A stretch of DNA of 46,250 bases from a virus (lineage: Duplodnaviria > Heunggongvirae > Uroviricota > Caudoviricetes). Below the pieces are notes generated by a model that saw only the letters and a list, made by a program, of their open reading frames with translations, was not told the origin of the DNA and did no database searches. The translations under genes and the position numbers were made by a program. Positions 19,523-29,493 of this stretch are shown here, piece by piece. Numbering within the stretch: position 1 is the stretch's first letter; each line of letters begins with the position of its first letter. The stretch lies in the IMG/VR virus record IMGVR_UViG_2718218453_000004. One strand, 5' to 3'.

Positions 19523-19729
19523 ATGAATAAAGAACAATCTGCTGATGAACTCTCGTTGGATCTGATTCGTGTAAAAAATATGCTTAATAGCACCATTTCT
19601 ATGAGTTACCCGGATGTTGTAATTGCATGTATAGAACATCAGGTGTCTCTGGAAGCATTCAGGGCAATTGAGGCAGCGTTGGTGAAGCACGATAAGAATT
19701 CGAAGGATTATTCCCTGGTGGTTGACTGA
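19523..19729 (+). CDS. Hypothetical small protein (68 aa), YnfO-like position
   Basis: ORF divergent from the ydfO-like gene, upstream of cos. Confidence 0.5.
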   Translation: MNKEQSADELSLDLIRVKNMLNSTISMSYPDVVIACIEHQVSLEAFRAIEAALVKHDKNSKDYSLVVD

Positions 19730-20053
19730 GCACCATAACTGCTAATCATTCAAACTATTTCACCTGTGACAGAGTCAATATCGCATTCTGTCACTGTCAG
19801 GCTAATACAGAGCTGCAATTCAACTACTGCAATGTCCTCGTAATTAGGTGAATTTACAATATCGTCCTGTTCGGATGCCGGTTGCATTGCTGAAGATGAG
19901 GCATTTATGGTTCGCATATTTTCCCCTCATGCTCGTCAGTCCTGTGCGTAGGAAGAAACAGGACACTCACACTAATTTGTGTGGGCATGCTGTGATGTCC
20001 TTCTGAATTATTCCTATGCCATTATGTAAAGCGCTGTATCAGATGCTCATCAC

Positions 20054-20120
20054 GGCTGTCAGGCTGTCAGGCTGTCGGGTCCTCCCGGTGGGGGCCCCTG
20101 CCACGGGGCGGGAGCGTCGC
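20054..20120. other. cos region: three 8-bp tandem repeats plus a cosN-like sequence
   Basis: GGCTGTCA x3 (20054-20077), then ACGGGGCGGGAGCGTCGCGG, which resembles lambda cosN ACGGGGCGGCGACCTCGCGG (as recalled). About 180 bp upstream of the small terminase gene. Confidence 0.6.
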
Positions 20121-20301
20121 GGAAAAAGGCTAGTTTTTGCATTTCCATGGCGGCGGCAGCATGTTTGGTAATTTATTGATAATTAAAAGTTATTTCTCTT
20201 TTCACCTGTACAATATTTTTTTCTCCCTGTCATTAGACCAGTTTGCAATTAATTGAAATATATAAATAAACATGATTTTCACCTGCCAGATGGAGTTGCT
20301 T

Positions 20302-20829
20302 ATGTCAAATGTGAGCGGGATCGGTGATGCTTATTACTGGAGTGTTTTTAAAATCGCTGAGGCCTTTGGGCTTCACCGGGACACAGTAAAAAAACGGCTC
20401 CTCGCGGCCAACACTCCTGTGGCTGCGACTATCAGGGGGAACCCCGTTTACGCCCTGCAGCATGTCGGGCCAGCCCTGTTTAGTGTGAAGCATGAGGCAG
20501 CAGACTCTGTTCATGATCCATCCCGTATGGAGCCGAAAGAGAGAAAGGACTGGTACCAATCTGAAAATGAAAGGATCAAGCTGGAAAAGGAGCAGCGAAA
20601 ACTCATCCCCGTTGATGAAGTAGTCATCGTCTATTCGTCCATGAGAAAGGCTGTCGTCCAGGTTCTGGAGACAATTCCGGATGTTCTTGAACGCGATTGC
20701 GCCCTGACTCCTCAGGCCGTCGGCGTTGTACAGCAGGCCATTGATGACCTGCGATACACTCTTCAGGAAAAATCCTACGAGGCTTGTGCTGCTGAATTAA
20801 TTCCTGATGAGGAAGGAGAGAGTCTCTAG
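20302..20829 (+). CDS. nohA: Terminase small subunit (Nu1-like)
   Basis: Directly precedes the large terminase. Start at 20302 (GGAG SD); alternative ATGs at 20272 and 20290. Confidence 0.75.
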   Translation: MSNVSGIGDAYYWSVFKIAEAFGLHRDTVKKRLLAANTPVAATIRGNPVYALQHVGPALFSVKHEAADSVHDPSRMEPKERKDWYQSENERIKLEKEQRKLIPVDEVVIVYSSMRKAVVQVLETIPDVLERDCALTPQAVGVVQQAIDDLRYTLQEKSYEACAAELIPDEEGESL

Positions 20830-20837
20830 GAGGAATA

Positions 20838-22937
20838 ATGGGTTTTTCATCAGCCCGAAATTTGGGAAGGGACATATCGGCAGGATTTTCCCCACCACGT
20901 CGCATGCCGATTTCGGAGGCTGTTAAAAAATTCATGCGTGTTCCCAAGGGGGCTGGTAACTCGGTGCCATGGGATCCTGAACTGACACCCTACATCATTG
21001 AGCCCATGAACTGCCTGGCATCGCGTGAATACGATGCGGTGATTTTTGTTGGTCCTGCGCGAACAGGGAAGACCATTGGTCTGATCGATGGATGGATTGT
21101 CTATACCATCGTTTGCGATCCTTCGGACATGCTCGTTGTGCAGATGACCGAAGATAAGGCCCGCGAGCATTCTAAAAAGCGCCTCGACAGAACGTTCAGA
21201 AGCAGTGCGGCGGTAAAGAAAAGAATGAGTCCACGTCGTAACGACAATAATGTCCATGATAAGACGTTCAGGGATGGCTCGTTCCTTAAAATTGGTTGGC
21301 CCTCGGTCAACATTATGTCGTCGTCGGATTACCGGTTTGTCGCCTTAACCGATTACGACCGTTTTCCGGAGAATATCGACAGCGAGGGTGATGGTTTCTC
21401 CCTGGCCTCAAAACGTACCACCACATTTATGTCCGCCGGGATGACTCTGGTGGAGAGCTCGCCGGGACGTGACATCTGCGACAGCAAATGGCGACGTAAG
21501 TCGCCTCATGAAGCGCCACCGACGACTGGTATTCTTTCCCTTTACAATCGTGGTGACCGCCGCCGCTGGTACTGGTCATGTCCGCACTGCGGTGAATATT
21601 TTCAGCCAGCCATGGATGCCATGACCGGCTACCGTAATGAACCGGATCCCTTTAAAGCCAGTGAGGCGGCGTATCTACTTTGCCCGCACTGCAGCGGCAT
21701 TATCACTGCGGAGAAAAAGCGTGAGCTCAATAGTGCAGGAGTCTGGTTGCGTGAAGGTCAGGTCATTGATCGTAACGGCAACGTTTCCGGTGAACCGCGC
21801 CGCTCCCGTATCGCCAGTTTCTGGATGGAAGGGCCAGCTGCTGCGTATCAGACCTGGGCGCAACTGGTTTACAAATTACTGACTGCAGAACAGGAGTATG
21901 AAGCGACAGGAAGCGAAGAAACACTCAGGGCGGTTATCAACACCGACTGGGGATTGCCTTATCTTCCTCGTGCCAGCATGGAGCAACGAAAAAGTGAACT
22001 GCTTGAGCAGCGGGCAGAGCCAGTTCCTTCCCGCAGTGTGCCGGATGGCGTTAATTTCCTTGTGGCGACAGTGGATGTGCAGGCGGGACGTCATCGCCGT
22101 TTTGTGGTTCAGGTAACGGGCTATGGCAGTCGTGGCGAACGCTGGATTATTGATCGTTACAACATCACGCAGTCATTGCGCAGTGACTGCGACGGGGAGA
22201 GCCAGCGAATTGATCCGGCCAGCTATCCGGAAGACTGGGATGTCCTGCTGACGGATGTTTTTCATAAAAGCTGGCCGCTGGCCTCCGATCCTTCTCAACA
22301 AATGCGACTGATGGCAATGGCGGTGGACTCCGGCGGTGAAGACGGGGTCACTGATAATGCCTATAAATTCTGGCGTCGTTGCCGTCGTGATGGCCTTGGT
22401 AAACGTATTTACCTGTTTAAGGGTGACAGCATCCGGCGCGCAAAACTGATCAGCCGTACATTCCCTGATAACACCGGACGAACGGGCCGCCGGGCGCAGG
22501 CCGCAGGTGATGTGCCGCTCTGGCTTCTTCAGACGGATGCCCTGAAAGACCGGGTGAATAACGCGTTATGGCGTGACTCGCCAGGTCCAGGCTATGTGCA
22601 TTTCCCTGACTGGCTGGGGAGCTGGTTTTACGACGAACTGACGTATGAAGAGCGGAGCAGTGACGGGAAATGGAGTAAGCCGGGTCGCGGTGCCAACGAA
22701 GCTTTTGACCTGATGGTGTATGCCGAGGCTCTGGTCATTCTGCATGGATACGAAAAGATCCGCTGGCCGGATGCACCGGAGTGGGCGAGCCGGGAGACCT
22801 GGCTGGAGTGTGTCCAGGACAGTACCGAACCGTCATCCTCACCGGAACCGGTATCCACGCCTGTTAAAAAACAAAAACGGAAGAAAACAGTAACTGACGA
22901 TGTTAACCCCTGGCTGACTTCCGGAGGATGGTTATGA
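20838..22937 (+). CDS. A: Terminase large subunit (GpA family)
   Basis: 699 aa. Walker-A-like GPARTGKT and the overall lambda gpA architecture. AGGAGG SD. Confidence 0.9.
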   Translation: MGFSSARNLGRDISAGFSPPRRMPISEAVKKFMRVPKGAGNSVPWDPELTPYIIEPMNCLASREYDAVIFVGPARTGKTIGLIDGWIVYTIVCDPSDMLVVQMTEDKAREHSKKRLDRTFRSSAAVKKRMSPRRNDNNVHDKTFRDGSFLKIGWPSVNIMSSSDYRFVALTDYDRFPENIDSEGDGFSLASKRTTTFMSAGMTLVESSPGRDICDSKWRRKSPHEAPPTTGILSLYNRGDRRRWYWSCPHCGEYFQPAMDAMTGYRNEPDPFKASEAAYLLCPHCSGIITAEKKRELNSAGVWLREGQVIDRNGNVSGEPRRSRIASFWMEGPAAAYQTWAQLVYKLLTAEQEYEATGSEETLRAVINTDWGLPYLPRASMEQRKSELLEQRAEPVPSRSVPDGVNFLVATVDVQAGRHRRFVVQVTGYGSRGERWIIDRYNITQSLRSDCDGESQRIDPASYPEDWDVLLTDVFHKSWPLASDPSQQMRLMAMAVDSGGEDGVTDNAYKFWRRCRRDGLGKRIYLFKGDSIRRAKLISRTFPDNTGRTGRRAQAAGDVPLWLLQTDALKDRVNNALWRDSPGPGYVHFPDWLGSWFYDELTYEERSSDGKWSKPGRGANEAFDLMVYAEALVILHGYEKIRWPDAPEWASRETWLECVQDSTEPSSSPEPVSTPVKKQKRKKTVTDDVNPWLTSGGWL

Positions 22938-23146
22938 ACCAGAATGATATCGAAGCCATGATTCAGCGTTATACGGAAGCTGAAATGGCGGTGCTGGACG
23001 GAAAATCCGTCACCTTTAATGGTCAGCAGATGACCATGGAAAACTTATCTGAGATCCGGCAGGGACGGCAGGAGTGGGAGCGCCGCCTTGCGGCTCTGAT
23101 TACACGACGACGGGGGCATCCCGGGTACCGGCTGGCGAGGTTCTGA
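22934..23146 (+). CDS. W: Head-tail joining protein W
   Basis: About 70-aa gene between terminase and portal, overlapping both stops. Confidence 0.75.
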   Translation: MNQNDIEAMIQRYTEAEMAVLDGKSVTFNGQQMTMENLSEIRQGRQEWERRLAALITRRRGHPGYRLARF

Positions 23147-24654
23147 TGGCAATTCTTGATGATGTGATTGGCGTTTTTTCACCAGGATGGAAAGCGGCAA
23201 GGCTGCGTTCCCGTGCGGTGATCCAGGCTTATGAGGCCGTAAAAACGACGCGGACACACAAAGCCCGACGGGAGAACCGAACTGCCGACCAGTTAAGCCA
23301 GTACGGGGCCGTGTCGTTACGTGAGCAGGCCCGTTACCTTGATAACAACCACGATCTGGTTATTGGTGTATTTGACAAGCTGGAAGAACGGGTGGTGGGG
23401 AAAAACGGGATTATTGTCGAGCCACATCCGGTATTACGCAATGGGGCCATTGCCCGTGACCTGGCTGCGGAGATTCGCACCCGATGGAGTGAATGGTCTG
23501 TCAGCCCGGAAGTCACCGGGCAGTTTACCCGTCCGATGCTGGAACGTCTGATGCTTCGTACCTGGCTGCGCGATGGTGAGGTGTTTGCCCAGATGGTTTC
23601 CGGGCGCATAAACAGCCTGGCGCCTTCTGCCGGTGTTCATTTCTGGCTGGAGGCGCTCGAGCCGGACTTTATTCCCATGACCAGTGATGAGAGCAACAGG
23701 CTGAATCAGGGCGTGTTTGTTGATGACTGGGGGCGTCCCGAAAAATATCTGGTGTATAAAAGCCGTCCCGTATCCGGACGGCAGATGGAAACCAAAGAAG
23801 TGGATGCAGAGCGAATGCTGCATCTTAAATTTGTTCGCCGTCTGCACCAGATGCGCGGGACGTCTTTGTTGTCCGGTGTGCTGATCCGCCTCAGTGCCCT
23901 GAAAGAATATGAAGATTCTGAGCTGACTGCAGCAAGGATCGCCGCTGCTCTGGGGATGTACATCCGGAAAGGCGACGGGCAGAGCTATGAACCGGATGGT
24001 AATGGCAGAAAGGAGAATGAACGTGAGCTTACCATTCAGCCGGGCATTATTTACGACGATCTGAAACCCGGCGAAGAAATCGGAATGGTGAAGTCGGATC
24101 GCCCCAATCCTAACCTTGAAACTTTTCGTAATGGTCAGTTGCGTGCCGTGGCGGCGGGCAGTCGTCTGAGTTTTTCCAGTACAGCGCGCAACTATAACGG
24201 CACTTACAGCGCCCAGCGTCAGGAGCTGGTTGAATCCACTGATGGCTACCTGATCCTGCAGGACTGGTTTATTGGTGCCGTCACCCGCCCGATGTATCGT
24301 GCATGGCTGAAACAGGCTGTGGCATCCGGTGTTATCAGGCTACCCCGCGATCTTGACCGTTCTTCACTGTATACCGCGGTGTATTCCGGACCAGTGATGC
24401 CGTGGATTGACCCTGTTAAGGAGGCTGAGGCCTGGAAAATCCAGATTCGTGGTGGAGCGGCGACAGAATCAGACTGGGTACGTGCTGGTGGTCGTAATCC
24501 GGATGATGTCAAACGTCGGCGCAAGGCCGAAATTGATGAAAACCGCAATCTGGATCTGGTATTTGATACCGATCCGGCCAGTGATAAAGGAGGCAGTAGT
24601 GCCGCAACGAAACGACAGGAGCCGCAGCACACCGACGACCAGTCCGAAGAATAA
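23146..24654 (+). CDS. B: Portal protein (lambda B family)
   Basis: About 503 aa from MAILDDVIGVF; the ATG overlaps the W stop (TGATG). Confidence 0.85.
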   Translation: MAILDDVIGVFSPGWKAARLRSRAVIQAYEAVKTTRTHKARRENRTADQLSQYGAVSLREQARYLDNNHDLVIGVFDKLEERVVGKNGIIVEPHPVLRNGAIARDLAAEIRTRWSEWSVSPEVTGQFTRPMLERLMLRTWLRDGEVFAQMVSGRINSLAPSAGVHFWLEALEPDFIPMTSDESNRLNQGVFVDDWGRPEKYLVYKSRPVSGRQMETKEVDAERMLHLKFVRRLHQMRGTSLLSGVLIRLSALKEYEDSELTAARIAAALGMYIRKGDGQSYEPDGNGRKENERELTIQPGIIYDDLKPGEEIGMVKSDRPNPNLETFRNGQLRAVAAGSRLSFSSTARNYNGTYSAQRQELVESTDGYLILQDWFIGAVTRPMYRAWLKQAVASGVIRLPRDLDRSSLYTAVYSGPVMPWIDPVKEAEAWKIQIRGGAATESDWVRAGGRNPDDVKRRRKAEIDENRNLDLVFDTDPASDKGGSSAATKRQEPQHTDDQSEE

Positions 24655-24667
24655 TTCCTGGTTCAGG

Positions 24668-26626
24668 ATGCAGGCTGGTCACCAGAGTGACGCGGATATT
24701 TATATTTATGACGAGATTGGTTTCTGGGGTGTTACAGCGAAGCAGTTTATCAGTGATCTGAATGCACTGGGCGATATCACCCACATTAATCTCCATATTA
24801 ATTCACCGGGTGGCGATGTCTTTGAAGGCATCGCCATTTTTAATGCGCTGAAAACACATGGTGCGTCCATTACCGTTTATGTCGACGGTGTGGCGGCGTC
24901 AATGGCGTCGGTCATTGCGATGGTAGGAAACCCGGTCATTATGCCGGAAAACACCTTCATGATGATTCATAAACCATTTGGCTTTACGGGCGGTGATGCG
25001 GAGGACATGCGCACCTATGCCGACCTGCTCGATAGAGTTGAGGCGGTTCTGTTACCCGCTTATGCACAGAAAACCGGGAAAACCACCGATGAAATTGCTG
25101 CCATGCTGGCGGATGAGACCTGGATGTCCGGTGCCGAATGTCTGGCACAGGGATTTGCTGATCAGGTGACACCAGCCGTTAAGGCAATGGCATGTATTCA
25201 GTCAAAACGTACAGAGGAATTTAAAAAGATGCCGGAATCCATTCGAAATATGATTACTCCGCCACGCAACAGTGCTCCACGCGTACAGGATGATGGACCT
25301 GCAGCCTCCCGGACGCCAGTGCAGGCAGCAGCACCCGTGGTGGATGAAAACAGCATCCGTGCGCAGGTCCTGGCAGAGCAAAAAGCGCGTGTAAACGGTA
25401 TTAATGATCTGTTTGCCATGTTTGGCGGGCGTTATCAGTCGTTGCAGGCTCAGTGTCTTGCCGATCCTGAATGTTCGCTGGAGCAGGCCCGCGAAAAGCT
25501 GTTGAACGAGATGGGGCGCGAGTCCACGCCATCCAATAAAAATACCCCGGCTCATATTTATGCCGGTAACGGTAATTTTGTGGGGGACGGGATCCGCCAG
25601 GCGCTGATGGCGCGCGCCGGGTTTGAAAAAACTGAACGTGATAATGTCTACAACGGGATGACCCTGCGTGAATATGCCCGTATGTCACTGACTGAACGTG
25701 GTATTGGTGTTTCCAGTTATAACCCGATGCAGATGGTCGGTGCGGCGTTCATACACAGTACGTCTGACTTCGGTAATATTCTGCTGGATGTTGCGAACAA
25801 AGCCATTCTGCAGGGCTGGGAAGATGCCCCTGAAACCTATGAACAGTGGACGCGGAAAGGTCAGTTGTCTGATTTTAAAATTGCCCATCGTGTGGGTATG
25901 GGGGGCTTCAGTGCTCTGCGTCAGGTGCGTGAAGGGGCAGAATATAAATACGTCACCACCGGAGATAAACAGGCCACTATTGCACTGGCGACCTATGGCG
26001 AGCTGTTCAGTATCACCCGTCAGGCCATTATCAATGATGATCTGAATATGCTGACCGATGTCCCGATGAAGCTGGGCCGTGCGGCGAAATCCACTATTGC
26101 CGATCTGGTTTATGCCATTCTGACGTCTAACCCGAAAATCTCCACAGATAATGTAAGTCTGTTCGATAAAGCGAAACATGCAAACGTACTGGAGAGCGCG
26201 GCAATGGACGTGGCATCGCTGGATAAAGCCCGCCAGTTGATGCGCGTTCAGAAAGAGGGTGAGCGTCATCTGAATATTCGTCCTGCGTTCGTACTGGTAC
26301 CGACGGCGATGGAGTCTGTTGCTAACCAGGTCATTCGCTCCTCAAGTGTCAAGGGGGCTGACATTAACGCCGGTATTATTAACCCGGTGAAAGATTTTGC
26401 GACCGTTATTGCAGAGCCTCGTCTTGATGATAACAGCCAGACCACCTTCTACCTGGCTGCGTCCAAAGGCTCCGATACGATTGAAGTGGCTTATCTCAAC
26501 GGTGTGGATACGCCATATATTGATCAGATGGAGGGCTTCAGTGTGGATGGCGTGACAACGAAAGTGCGTATTGACGCTGGTGTTGCGCCAGTTGATCACC
26601 GCGGCCTGGTGAAATGTACGGCGTAA
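24668..26626 (+). CDS. Fused prohead protease (ClpP-like) and major capsid protein
   Basis: ClpP-like serine-peptidase N-terminal region (GFWGVTAKQF...INSPGGDVFEG...MASVIAMVGNP) continuous with a capsid-like C-terminal domain. Start is the ATG just after the portal stop. Confidence 0.8.
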   Translation: MQAGHQSDADIYIYDEIGFWGVTAKQFISDLNALGDITHINLHINSPGGDVFEGIAIFNALKTHGASITVYVDGVAASMASVIAMVGNPVIMPENTFMMIHKPFGFTGGDAEDMRTYADLLDRVEAVLLPAYAQKTGKTTDEIAAMLADETWMSGAECLAQGFADQVTPAVKAMACIQSKRTEEFKKMPESIRNMITPPRNSAPRVQDDGPAASRTPVQAAAPVVDENSIRAQVLAEQKARVNGINDLFAMFGGRYQSLQAQCLADPECSLEQAREKLLNEMGRESTPSNKNTPAHIYAGNGNFVGDGIRQALMARAGFEKTERDNVYNGMTLREYARMSLTERGIGVSSYNPMQMVGAAFIHSTSDFGNILLDVANKAILQGWEDAPETYEQWTRKGQLSDFKIAHRVGMGGFSALRQVREGAEYKYVTTGDKQATIALATYGELFSITRQAIINDDLNMLTDVPMKLGRAAKSTIADLVYAILTSNPKISTDNVSLFDKAKHANVLESAAMDVASLDKARQLMRVQKEGERHLNIRPAFVLVPTAMESVANQVIRSSSVKGADINAGIINPVKDFATVIAEPRLDDNSQTTFYLAASKGSDTIEVAYLNGVDTPYIDQMEGFSVDGVTTKVRIDAGVAPVDHRGLVKCTA

Positions 26627-26648
26627 ACGTCGCAGACAACAACTCTGA

Positions 26649-26668
26649 TGGCCCGTAAGGGCTTTTTT
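26649..26668 (+). terminator. Hairpin plus T-run after the capsid gene
   Basis: gcccgtaagggc followed by TTTTTTT. Confidence 0.6.
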
Positions 26669-26712
26669 TGTACCTGAAATCAGCCCCTGAACGGGGCTGT
26701 GCGGAGACAGTT

Positions 26713-27036
26713 ATGGCAAAGAATTTTGTAGAAGAAGGAAAAACGGTGGCGATTGTTGCAAGTGCAGCCATCAGCAGCGGAGATCTGGTGCAGGTGGGTG
26801 ATGTTTTTGCGGTGGCGCTGACCGATATTCCACAGGGAGAAACAGGCGACGGCATAACCGAAGGTGTGTTTATGCTGCCTAAGCTGAAAACGGATGACAT
26901 GAAAACGGGTAAGAAGGTTTATCTGAAGTCAGGAAAAGTTCAGCTGACTAACAGCGGCTCTGATCCGCTGGTCGGGGTTGTCTGGGCAGATGCCGGAACC
27001 AGTGCAGAAGAAGTGCCGGTAAAACTCAATGTCTGA
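26713..27036 (+). CDS. Head-associated small protein (decoration/DUF2190-like)
   Basis: 107 aa from MAKNFVEEG with a GGAGA SD; position after the capsid gene. Confidence 0.6.
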   Translation: MAKNFVEEGKTVAIVASAAISSGDLVQVGDVFAVALTDIPQGETGDGITEGVFMLPKLKTDDMKTGKKVYLKSGKVQLTNSGSDPLVGVVWADAGTSAEEVPVKLNV

Positions 27037-27304
27037 TCCCTTTTCCCGGCTGGCAGCGCGTATGGATGCGATCACGGTCAGAAAGATGGGAAAGACAGCC
27101 TCGATTAATGATGTCGATATGACTGTGATCCCGGGAGAAACACTGGCAGAGCTGAATGCTCTGTCCGGACCTGCGGTCTCTCTGGTGGTGTTTTCTTCGG
27201 GATACCGCCCACGGCGCGGGGATCGCGTTGTTTATGACGGACAACAATGGACGGTCACACGGCATGAACGTTTTAACGGTAAGCCAATGATCTTTATTGA
27301 GTAA
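27029..27304 (+). CDS. Head-tail connector protein
   Basis: 91-aa ORF between head and tail modules. Confidence 0.6.
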   Translation: MSDPFSRLAARMDAITVRKMGKTASINDVDMTVIPGETLAELNALSGPAVSLVVFSSGYRPRRGDRVVYDGQQWTVTRHERFNGKPMIFIE

Positions 27305-27894
27305 TGAGGTGTGGGATGAAGGGGCTTGAGAATGCCATCCGCAATCTGAACAGCCTTGATACCCGTATGGTGCCACAGGCCAGCGCATGGGCGATAAACC
27401 GTGTGGCACAGAAAGCGGTCTCGGTTGCCACCCGGCAGGTTGCCGGGAATACCGTTGCGGGAGATAACCAGGTGAAAGGGATCCCCCTGAAACTGGTACG
27501 TCAGCGTGTCCGGGTGTTTAAAGCCAGTCCGTCAGGAAAAATGACGGCCAGGATCCGCGTTAACCGGGGCAATCTGCCCGCCATTAAGCTGGGGACAGCC
27601 CGGGTCAGACTGGCCCGGCGTGGTGGAAAACTGCAGTACCGTGGCAGTGTGCTGAAGGTGGGTAAATATCTTTTCCGGGATGCGTTTATTCAGCAACTGG
27701 CGAATGGTCGCTGGCATGTGATGCGACGTATTGATGGCAAAAATCGTTACCCCATTGATGTGGTGAAAATCCCGCTGTCCGGACCGCTGACACAGGCATT
27801 TGAAGATGCCCGCGACCACATCATTGCTGCGGAAATGCCGAAACAGCTGGGGTATGCACTGAAACAACAACTGAGGTTATGGCTGACCCGATGA
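27304..27894 (+). CDS. Z: Minor tail protein Z (tail completion)
   Basis: About 196 aa immediately upstream of U, lambda order. Confidence 0.75.
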   Translation: MRCGMKGLENAIRNLNSLDTRMVPQASAWAINRVAQKAVSVATRQVAGNTVAGDNQVKGIPLKLVRQRVRVFKASPSGKMTARIRVNRGNLPAIKLGTARVRLARRGGKLQYRGSVLKVGKYLFRDAFIQQLANGRWHVMRRIDGKNRYPIDVVKIPLSGPLTQAFEDARDHIIAAEMPKQLGYALKQQLRLWLTR

Positions 27895-28292
27895 ACCGAC
27901 ATACACAAATCCGCCAGGTAGAACTGGCACGCCTTCGGGAACAGTGTGGAGACAGCGCCACGTTTTTTGACGGGCTTCCGGCATTTGTTGATGCGCAGGA
28001 ACTGCCTGCCGTGGCGGTGTGGCTGAGTGATGCTCAGTACACCGGAAAAATGACGGATGAAGATGACTGGCAGGCTGTTCTGCATATTGCTGTCTTCATC
28101 CGGGCACAGGCACCGGATTCAGAGCTGGATATGTGGATGGAGAGCACCATTTTCCCGGCCCTGAATGATGTACCAGCACTTTCCGGACTCATCGACACCC
28201 TGATCCCACTCGGTTTTAACTATCAACGTGATAATGAGATGGCCACCTGGGCGATGGCGGAAATCACGTACCAGATCACGTACACGAATTAA
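27879..28292 (+). CDS. U: Tail terminator protein U
   Basis: ...ATFFDGLPAFVDAQELPAVAVWLSDAQYTG...ELDMWMES... aligns with lambda gpU as recalled. Confidence 0.9.
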   Translation: MADPMNRHTQIRQVELARLREQCGDSATFFDGLPAFVDAQELPAVAVWLSDAQYTGKMTDEDDWQAVLHIAVFIRAQAPDSELDMWMESTIFPALNDVPALSGLIDTLIPLGFNYQRDNEMATWAMAEITYQITYTN

Positions 28293-28302
28293 GGAGGTGG
28301 TA

Positions 28303-29046
28303 ATGACCACACCAAATCCACTGGCAAAAACGAAAGGTGCGGGAACGACGTTCTGGATGTATACCGGCAAGGGCGATGCGTTTGTGAACCCTTTATCGGA
28401 CACTGACTGGCTGCGTCTTGCGATGGTGAAGGATCTGCAACCTGGCGAAATGACCGCTGATGCAGAAGATGACACTTATCTCGATGATGAAGATGCAGAC
28501 TGGAAAACGACAACCCAGGGGCAGAAATCAGTCGGTGATACTTCGGCGACGCTGGCCTGGCGTCCGGGGGACAGCGGGCAGAAAAAACTGGTTCAGTTGT
28601 TCGACTCCGGTGAAGTCTGCGCGTTTCGTATCAAATATCCCAACGGTACTGTTGATGTTTTCCGTGGCTGGCTGAGTTCACTGGGTAAAACCATTGCTTC
28701 AAAAGACGTGATGACCCGCACAGTGAAAATCAGCGGTGTGGGGCGTCCGTATCTGGCAGAGGAAGGCACTGAAACCGTGGGCGTTACCGGGCTGACGGTG
28801 GCACCGGCATCTGCCAGTGTAAAAGTGGGAGCAACCACCACGCTGACCTTTACAGTAAAACCTGACGGAGCCAGTGACAAAGCGATCAGTGTGCATTCGA
28901 CAGATCCACAGACTGCCACGGTGACCCTGAACGGGCTTGTGGCCACGGTGAAAGGCGTGAAGCAGGGCAGTGTCAGCATTGTGGGCATGACTTCTGACGG
29001 CGATTTTGTGGCAGTGGCTACGGTGGCTGTCAGCGCCGCAGGTTAA
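28303..29046 (+). CDS. V: Major tail protein V with C-terminal Ig-like domain
   Basis: MTTPNPLAKTKGAGTTFWMYTGKGDAFVNPLSDTDW... is close to lambda gpV. AAGGAGG SD. Confidence 0.95.
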   Translation: MTTPNPLAKTKGAGTTFWMYTGKGDAFVNPLSDTDWLRLAMVKDLQPGEMTADAEDDTYLDDEDADWKTTTQGQKSVGDTSATLAWRPGDSGQKKLVQLFDSGEVCAFRIKYPNGTVDVFRGWLSSLGKTIASKDVMTRTVKISGVGRPYLAEEGTETVGVTGLTVAPASASVKVGATTTLTFTVKPDGASDKAISVHSTDPQTATVTLNGLVATVKGVKQGSVSIVGMTSDGDFVAVATVAVSAAG

Positions 29047-29066
29047 CAGGACGATACTCATCATTT

Positions 29067-29090
29067 GCCCCGGTTATCCGGGGCTTTTTT
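29067..29090 (+). terminator. Hairpin plus T-run between V and G
   Basis: gccccgg-ttat-ccggggc followed by TTTTTT. Confidence 0.65.
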
Positions 29091-29103
29091 GCAGGTGGAG
29101 AAC

Positions 29104-29493
29104 ATGATGTTTCTGAAACAGGGCACGTTTAATTATGAAAAGCAGTCCGTGGTGCTCAGTGAGCTGTCCGGGCTGCAGAGAATTGAATATCTGGCGTTTG
29201 TTCAGCAGCGAACGGCAAAGTTTGATGCCGAAGAGGGAGAACTGCCGGAGGCTGAACGACAGATTGCTTTTCTGCGGATGGGGATGGATATCAATGCCTG
29301 GCTGGTTTCCCGCTCACTGTGGAATGCGGAACAGTCTCAGGATGTTGAGACGCTTTGCGCATCCGTTATTACAACATGGTCGTATGATGCCCTGGGAACG
29401 GGGGCGGAGATGGTTCTGTCGCTGAGCGGTATGGGAGCCATTGAGAATGCCGGGGATTTGGAGCATGAGGTGCTGACGCCGGAAAAGTCCTGA
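29104..29493 (+). CDS. G: Tail assembly chaperone G
   Basis: MMFLKQGTF...VVLSELSGLQRIEYLA resembles lambda gpG. Confidence 0.85.
   Translation: MMFLKQGTFNYEKQSVVLSELSGLQRIEYLAFVQQRTAKFDAEEGELPEAERQIAFLRMGMDINAWLVSRSLWNAEQSQDVETLCASVITTWSYDALGTGAEMVLSLSGMGAIENAGDLEHEVLTPEKS

Noticed and set aside
24407-24667. N-terminal extension of the capsid ORF (ORF-track start 24407)
   Set aside because: The extension overlaps the portal C-terminus in another frame; the ATG at 24668 just after the portal stop is the plausible start.
25685-26269. 194-aa reverse ORF and other small reverse and forward ORFs within the capsid gene
   Set aside because: Embedded antisense or alternate frames within a long, well-supported structural gene.
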